Shown: positions 55,816 through 64,000 of the stretch, in pieces | How the letters are laid out: each line of letters opens with the position of its first letter | How positions within the stretch are numbered: position 1 is the first letter of the stretch | NCBI GenBank assembly: GCA_012295275.1 | Contig: CM022675.1 | Span: 8,432,001 to 8,496,000 of the forward strand | Source of the DNA: Chrysomallon squamiferum | Lineage: Eukaryota; Animalia; Mollusca | Reading direction: 5' to 3' | DNA: 64,000 nt | The notes under the pieces: generated by a model | The model's database searches: none | What the model was told of the DNA's origin: nothing | What the model saw: the letters and a program-made list of their open reading frames with translations, nothing else | Made by a program: the position numbers and the translations under genes

Positions 55816-58599
55816 AAACATGCATGGGTGGATGTGGATGAAAATAATGCATCATTACATCATGAAGAAACATTTTTAAAATGGCAGCCTCTATAAATCT
55901 TCAAGAACCTTTTATTTCATTTTTCCATACTTTATCATTAACAAAGGTTGACCACCAAAACATTAAATAAACCAATTATTTGTAAATATACAAAAACTTT
56001 GTACACCAGACAACCCACTGGATATCATTAACAAATGATCTATAATTTTTTTGGGTGTAATTCCAAATACACCACACAATTACATGATTACCAAAAATGT
56101 CTTTAATTATATTTCCCAGTCTAACCGACGTCCCAAAAAGTGAAATTACAATACACCGTAAGTCAAAAGGGCCCTCCAGAGGTTTATTCAAATACAAAAG
56201 ATGATTGTAAAGCCTTTAAATATTAATGAGCCTAAGGGGCTATCTCGGGGTTATGTAAATACAAAAAAAGTCTAGACAAAGTGTTGCAAACAGTCAAAAG
56301 ATCCATAAGTGGGGAAAATGGAATAATCAGCGACACAGCAGAGCAGCTGTTCAAAAATCCCAGCATGCAACTGAAATAATGGCTACAGGAAGCCTCCTAA
56401 CAATGTTTATTATTATGCTGCCTGTGAGTCACTTTTTCTTTTTCTCCTAAAAATTCAAGGTTGCATAATCGTATTTTTGTTTGAAAGTTTAGGTTTATTA
56501 GGTCATGTTGTTTCAACTGTTAGTTTTGTGAAACAAGATTATTTTGGACATTTTAACCTTTCATGGTCACATTGCTTTAAAATTTAGTGTTGTAAGATTA
56601 TGCTTTGTGAGAATTTAGAGCTATGAGTTACAAAAATTCAAAAGTATGACATCATATTATTTCGAAATTTAGAATTATGAGACAATGTTGAGTATAAAAT
56701 CAGGGTTGCAAAGTCACATTCTTTGGAAATTTGAGACTGAGGGGGCATTTTGTTTATAAATTTACTATTATAAAGCTGTTTTATTTGGAGATGTAATATT
56801 TTAAAACCATGTTTATTTAGGAATTAAGGATTTCAGCAACAAAGGATGGTAAAGATTCCAAATTATAATATATAAAGATAATTTAAAAATAATTAATTAA
56901 CAATGCAATTATTAGAACAGAGGCCTGAAGTATGCCAGGACACTGGATCAATTCCTGTTGGTGCCTGATTTATCAAAGGCATTAATATGTATTCTGCTGT
57001 CTGTGAGAGGTGATTATAAAAGATTTCTTACTGCTAAATGAAAAAGAATAACAGATGATAGGAGCTGGTTTCCTCTCTCATTGTCTGTATAGTTAAGAAC
57101 TATTTATGTTTAGCAAAGGTGTTTAAAAAAAATAACTCTTGCTGCTCATTAGAAAGTGTAACCCATAATGTAGAAGGTTTCTTCTCTTTTTATCTGTAAG
57201 ATTCTTAAAAGTATGTTAAATGGATTATAACCAAAAACAAAATAAAATATATTAAAAGAATCATTAAATACAAAATATTTCTTCCTTATTAATTATAAAC
57301 AGAAATTCTTTTCATAACAAAATCAACCAATCAGATTTGTCGTTATATTTACTTCGTATTTATCTGACCTTTGACCTAGTCACCTTAGCAAGTGCAGACA
57401 CCCCATGATGATGGCACCATCAAGGCAGATAATTACCTTCTTGTGTGTTAATGTAACAGGTGAAAAAAAAAGGTGTAATTACATTAACAACCAAGTAGCA
57501 GGTAACTAGGATGACTGCACCTGTGTAAATGTTATTTTCACCTGGCTAGGTGTTAGAAATGTTAAAACTGTGTTAATTAATTTAACAAACTGCAATCTCG
57601 TTTAATTACATAAACAAGTTTCCCAGAAGAAAACACTTTACAAGATGTTATTTTGAATTTTTTGTTGTTTTTTTTGTTTTTTAAATTTTTTTTTTTTTTT
57701 GTTTTTTGCTTTATTTTTAATAATTCATATTTTTCTAAAACAAATATTTTTAATAATATCTGAATGCTTCAAGTAAAATCTAATTTCTTGTTCATATCTA
57801 CATAATTATACATTCAGAAAGACACACAAGCAAACAGACATACACAAAAAAAGCCCACACATGCAGATATACATATGTATACACTTATATACATATACAC
57901 ATATTTACATACATACACATTCATACATACATACATACATACATACATATACGTATATATAGACATATACATAGAACACACACACAAACACATACACACA
58001 CACACACACATATATATATATATGTATACATGCATACATCATACATAAGACACACACACAAACACACACACACACACACACACAAACCAACACATACACA
58101 CATACACACACACACACAAACCAACACATACACACACACATAGACATTACACCAGTAATGTTGAAATGTTTTAATATTTTTTTTTATTTTTTTTGTTTTC
58201 CTTTTCCTCCTTTTCGGACTTAAACTATTTTGTCATGGACTTGCTAAAGTATTAACTAATAACATGGCAGCCATTATCACCATTATAAAGAGTCAGTGTG
58301 TAATTTGAAGAAAGCCATTCATGGATTTTTCTATCAGCTGAATGAAACAAGTAAAGCTAGCCAGTAAATCAGTTTCGTATTTGCCTTCAACTCCGTTTGA
58401 AAAAAAGAAGAAAAAGAGAGAATGAAGTTATTGCTCGAAGTATTATGTTATAGAAATACAGACAGAGAAAAATGTATGTATGGGTGTATGTATTTCTGTT
58501 GTTGTTGTGTGTGTGTGTGTGTGTGTGTGTATGTACATGTTTATGTATTTATGTATATATCTGTATGTGTGTATGCTTGTATGTATGTATGTGTTTATG

Positions 58600-58648
<49 letters not shown>

Positions 58649-58726
58649 GCTTGTATGTTTGTATGTATGTATTAATGTATTATATATGTGTGTCTATGTA
58701 TGTATGTGTGCATGTATATGTGTGTC

Positions 58727-58764
<38 letters not shown>

Positions 58765-59347
58765 CATACAGTGTGTTTGTGTGTTTATACATATACATAT
58801 ACATAGAAATAGTATTTACAATATAAATATTATTTCTTCTTTTCGTGTTTTTTTTTTTCTTTTTCTAAATATCTATTAACTAAATATATCATTATTATCT
58901 TCAAACTAACAAAACACTGCAAACACATGGATAACACCATCAACATTATTATTAACCGCAAAGAAACCTAAAAGACCAACAAACAAGAAAAGTATTTTGT
59001 TTCGCACTGCAGTTCAACTGATTAGAAATCAGAGATGCAATCTCTGGAGTTAATCGTGGAAAATTCAAAGAAAACAAACAAAATATTATCATTTGCTAAC
59101 AGGTAAAATACCTATACCCTTTATCTCCACCTCACCCCCATCTCCCACCTACCAGACCAGTCAGTAAATCTACCCACCTTGTATCCACCTCAAGATGTGT
59201 ATTTCTGATAACACAGGCAGGTAAAGATATTGTGTTTTAATAATGGGTAAGGGTGTTGTATTTCAGAATATGTAATGTGTGTGGTACGATGAAATGTTCA
59301 TTTGTTGTTAAATCAGGTATTTTTGTGTGGGGTTTTTAAACATGCAC

Positions 59348-59412
<65 letters not shown>

Positions 59413-59694
59413 TTATCACAACATAAGTACATTTAATGACACATAAAGATATATACATATACTAATATTCTCATAAATTTATATATTTATATATATCCAT
59501 ACCTTTACGAATAGCCTACATACATACACACATACATAAATACATACATTTATATATATATACATACATACATACATACACAGAACACAAACATACAAAT
59601 ATATATATACAGAATAGTGACAAAATACAAATTCATACAAACATATATACACAAGAATACTTTGACAAATTATTTATTATTATTATTATTATTA

Positions 59695-59818
<124 letters not shown>

Positions 59819-59950
59819 GTTATTATTATTTTTATTATTATTATTATTACTATCATCATCTTCATCTTCATCATTATTATCATTACAATCATCATCATTT
59901 GTTTGTTACAATTATTAATACCATAAACAATGTTATTATTCTGTTATTAA

Positions 59951-59990
<40 letters not shown>

Positions 59991-61081
59991 GTCATCATCT
60001 CTACTAAAGCAGCCTTTATATTACAACAAATTTATTTTTTTTTTATTTCAGTATAACAACCACCTGTCTAATGATAACCATTTAATTTTCAACAATTATT
60101 TTAAAATAAACCAAACACATACCTATTACCTGTTTAACTACCTGGAGAAGAAAATTTAAAATCACACGGAATACACAAAATACATTTAGTCTATTATCTT
60201 AATCCATTTACCAAAAAAATGTTATTTGTCAATATCATGATAAAAACACATTAAATTGTTTTATTCATATTTTATCAATTGTTTTAATTAACGAACGGTA
60301 ACAAAAACAGAAAAAAAAAAAAATAAAATAATTCTTTCTAGTCATTCTTTCATTCATTTTTAAAAACAAAAATGTTTTAATCATTCTCTCACTTATCTAA
60401 GTCATGAAGCTTCTTCTTCTTTTCTTATTTTACTGCCAGTTTGCTTCAAAATTCTAAGTGTAGATGGTTAAACAATTAAGTAGAAATATTCAGAAATTTC
60501 TTTCATATTGATGCAAACAGATTTTCTGGGTGTAAATTTTCATTTACAAAAAACACAAAAAAAAAACAAAAACTCTAGTATTTTTGGTGAGTAATAATTT
60601 ATCAAGTTGCTGAATTCTGAATGGTGATTATTTTTGTTCATAAGTTTTTGAGTAGTTTTTGTGTAAAAAAAAAAAAAGAAGAAAGAAAAAAAAAAGAAAA
60701 AAAAAAAGATAAGAAAGAAGAGGGTTAAAAAGGGAGATAATTCTAAGTATTAGTTTTGTATTATTGAAGAATAATATTCTTCTTTTCTTTTTCTTTTTTA
60801 TTTATTCTCTATTTCTTCTTTCTTTCATTCATTCACTCATTTTTTTTCAGTTTATCTTTTTCCTTCATTTTTTTTCATTCATTCTTTTCTTTCTTCCATC
60901 CTTTGATTTTGATTTTTCACTCATTCATCCTTTTGTTTTTCTTTCCTTTTTATAGATATGCACTAATGTATGTATGTATGTATGTATATGTGTGTGTGGG
61001 TAGATATGTGTATATATTATATTCTATATATCTATCTGTAGGTATTGTATGTATGTATGTGTGTTTATACGTGTGTGTATG

Positions 61082-61124
<43 letters not shown>

Positions 61125-61161
61125 CTTTCTGTGTATGTGAATGTCTATATATACATAAATA

Positions 61162-61206
<45 letters not shown>

Positions 61207-62243
61207 CATATATATTTACTTATTTATTTATTTATTTATTTCATTTCATTTCAACATGACATAACATAAACATGATATTTATCTATATAATATATCCATG
61301 ATTCCACACGATGATGTGAAAAACATGAGTTTATTAAAGCATGTGTTCTTATTATAGCTCTAAAGATACGGGTAATTTCTGGAAAGGTAACAGGCAACAA
61401 TACAAAACAGATTTTTTGTAATTATTTATAACTGCAGAAGAAATAAGTATATCAAAATCAGATCTGAACAGAAATCAAAATAAATAAGTGGGTGTGCAAC
61501 TGAAAACATTATTCCAAAAACTGTGGGTGTTATTGTTTATGTGTGTGTATTTATATCTGTTTATGAATATTTGTTGTACCAAAACAATAAATTACCTATA
61601 TGTTTACAGATGCACTAACTGACATACATACACTCACCAACACACACACAAATATATACATTATACACACACATTATCATATACATATATAAATATATAT
61701 ATATGCAGGCATATATTTATAAAATGTATCTATATATACACACATTTACACACACACACACATACATACATATATGCATGTATTTATAAAAAGTATGTAT
61801 ATATGCACACATTTACACACACAAACACACATATATATGCATGTATTTATAAAATGTATGTATATAGATATACACACACATTTACACACACACACACACA
61901 CACATATATGCATGTATTTATAAAATGTATGTGTGTATATATATATATATATATATGCACACAGACACACACACGGATATATTTTATACACATATTCAGT
62001 TATAAACATAAACACACAGACATACATACTTTCACATACACATACACACATTTACATACTTTCACATACAAACACTCACACACACTTTCACACACACACA
62101 CAGAGAGAGACACTCACACACACAAAAAGAAAGAGTTACGTATCAACCTGGCACTCTTCCAGGCTAAGCTGAGTTAATTCAATCAGACTAAGTGAAGCCC
62201 ACTGATTGCCTCAACTAACTGTTTTCATTGGCAGCGTTACCTC

Positions 62244-62339
<96 letters not shown>

Positions 62340-63229
62340 GTGTACACACTTTGGTGTCTGTTTTCTCCGGGAATGCTGCAACAAGCCTGCTGCCACGCAT
62401 TACCGAACAAATGAGGCCAGAGAGTAGCGGCAAAGCATGATGGGATACATGTGTTCGTGTTCGTGCTCGAGCATGAGGTGTAATAATTTGTTTATCTCCC
62501 GATCTGATATGGGGGGGGGGTAGGAACGTTTTTTTTAAAGATATATATCGCCCGAGTTAGATCGTTTTTTTTTTTTAATGAATGTAATGTTGGGGGGGGG
62601 GTTAGAATGCATGTCATTGCTGATGGATGACAGGTTCCTGGATCATATTCTTCTTGATGAACTCAGAAAATAAATGTGCCGTTCCAGCCACTGCTCTGTT
62701 TTGGCGTGTTTTTCGTTAACCTTTTCTTTACGATAAGCTCATATATCCACTAAACTTTTTTTTTTTACCCCCACTGTCTTAAAGAAAAAAATGTTCATGT
62801 TGCTGAGAGAAGTGGACCTTACTAGAGACTCTCCCCAACACTGTATCAGCAGAGTTGGTGCTGCCATCTGTGGGGAGGAAGTGAAACTACTAAAATTGTT
62901 GATTTTGCCAGAAATTTAATTAATTACTCAGCGAAAGAGTTAAAAGATTCCTTGCCGTTTGTTGTTAAAAGTAGCCTACTGCTGAAGATGGGTTTGTGAG
63001 GTTATGATTGGACTTTGTCCTTGCTGTTTGTTAAATAAAAGGAGCCTGTTGCTGTTATGGGTTCTTAGAACTCTGTATTTGGTGTGTCAAAGGTCTTTGT
63101 TATGTCTTCTCATGTTTATAAGAAGTTAAATCTAAAAGAACTCTTGCTCCTTGCTGAAAAGTGTAAGCCTATGGTATGGAAAAGAGTTAATTTTTTTCTC
63201 TCAGATGATTATTATCATAGAAAGTGATT

Positions 63230-64000
63230 TTAGAAGAGAAAAGAAAAAATGAAAAGTTCACACTATCCTTTAAAACAGCTATCCCATAATCCTCTTCTTC
63301 AGACAACATTCTTGTCTGTCTATTAAATTATCTTCAAGGAATGAACGAAAGAAGAAAAAGTAATAACAAATGAAAAGACATTTTAGAAAGCCATTTAAAT
63401 GAAAAATCCCACAATTCCCTTCATCATTTATTCAAATAATTTTCACTTTTATCTAATTTTCTTAAAGAGAATTTTTTTTTTTTTTTTTTTTTTTTTTTTG
63501 GTTGTAGCTCTTTAAAAGACATATCCCATAATTCATTTCTCCACAAAACATCTTCACACAACCAATCAGTTCTGACTTCTTATTACTGGTAAATTGTCTT
63601 CACAAATAAAAAAAAATTAAAAAAGAAGAAGAAGAAGAAGAAAAAAAGGAAAAAAGAAAAGAAGAAACAAAAAAGAAAAGAAGAAAGAAAAAAGAAAAGA
63701 TGACAGAAAGGAAAAAACGAAAAGAAGGAAGAAAAGAAAAAAGAAATGCTAGACATTCAAAGCAGATATCCCATAATTCTCCTCTGCAGACAACATTTCT
63801 ATGTAATCAAATAATTTCCACTTGTTATTGAACTGTCTTGAAGACAGAATGAAAAACTAGCAAAGAAATAAAAAGGAAAGAAGAAAATGGTTCTTTCACA
63901 GACACCATTTTAAAAAAAAAAAACTGTCCCATAATTCTCTGTTTCAGACATTTCTCCATAATCAAAAAAATTCTCACATAATCCACTTGTCTCAAAGAAA
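63230..64000. repeat. Degenerate repeat with core ATATCCCATAATTC
   Basis: Core at about 63281, 63407, 63522, 63767 and 63926, followed by CAGACAACATT-like sequence. Confidence 0.65.

Noticed and set aside
62130-62540. Candidate non-coding first exon/promoter of THSD7 (CpG-containing patch around a (CT)n tract)
   Set aside because: An upstream exon is implied by the acceptor at 54268, but I could not fix a convincing donor or TSS here.

Overview
This is AT-rich, microsatellite-saturated eukaryotic DNA from an invertebrate. It looks mollusc- or cephalopod-like, but that is inference from composition only. Most of the window (9.6-54.3 kb, minus strand) is one gene, which I assembled by hand into 25 coding exons with consistent intron phases (5991 nt, 1996 aa). 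It encodes a THSD7A/THSD7B-like type I membrane protein: signal peptide, tandem thrombospondin-1 repeats, an EGF-like region, a TM helix, and an unusually long (~440 aa) cytoplasmic tail ending in a PDZ-type motif. The left end holds the 5' half of a LINE (gag-like ORF1 plus the start of an APE-endonuclease ORF2). The LINE apparently sits in intron 1 of a second minus-strand gene whose TATA/Inr/5xCCAAT promoter and ATG mini-exon are visible. A decayed Tigger transposase fragment lies nearby. The most striking unexplained structure is that many introns of the THSD7 gene carry unrelated tandem arrays anchored on, and copying, their own splice junction. Several copies read as AG|GT recursive-splice-like sites, one array is frame-preserving, and one exon stays in frame only by using a duplicated donor. 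Nearly all other ORF-track entries are microsatellite or antisense artefacts.
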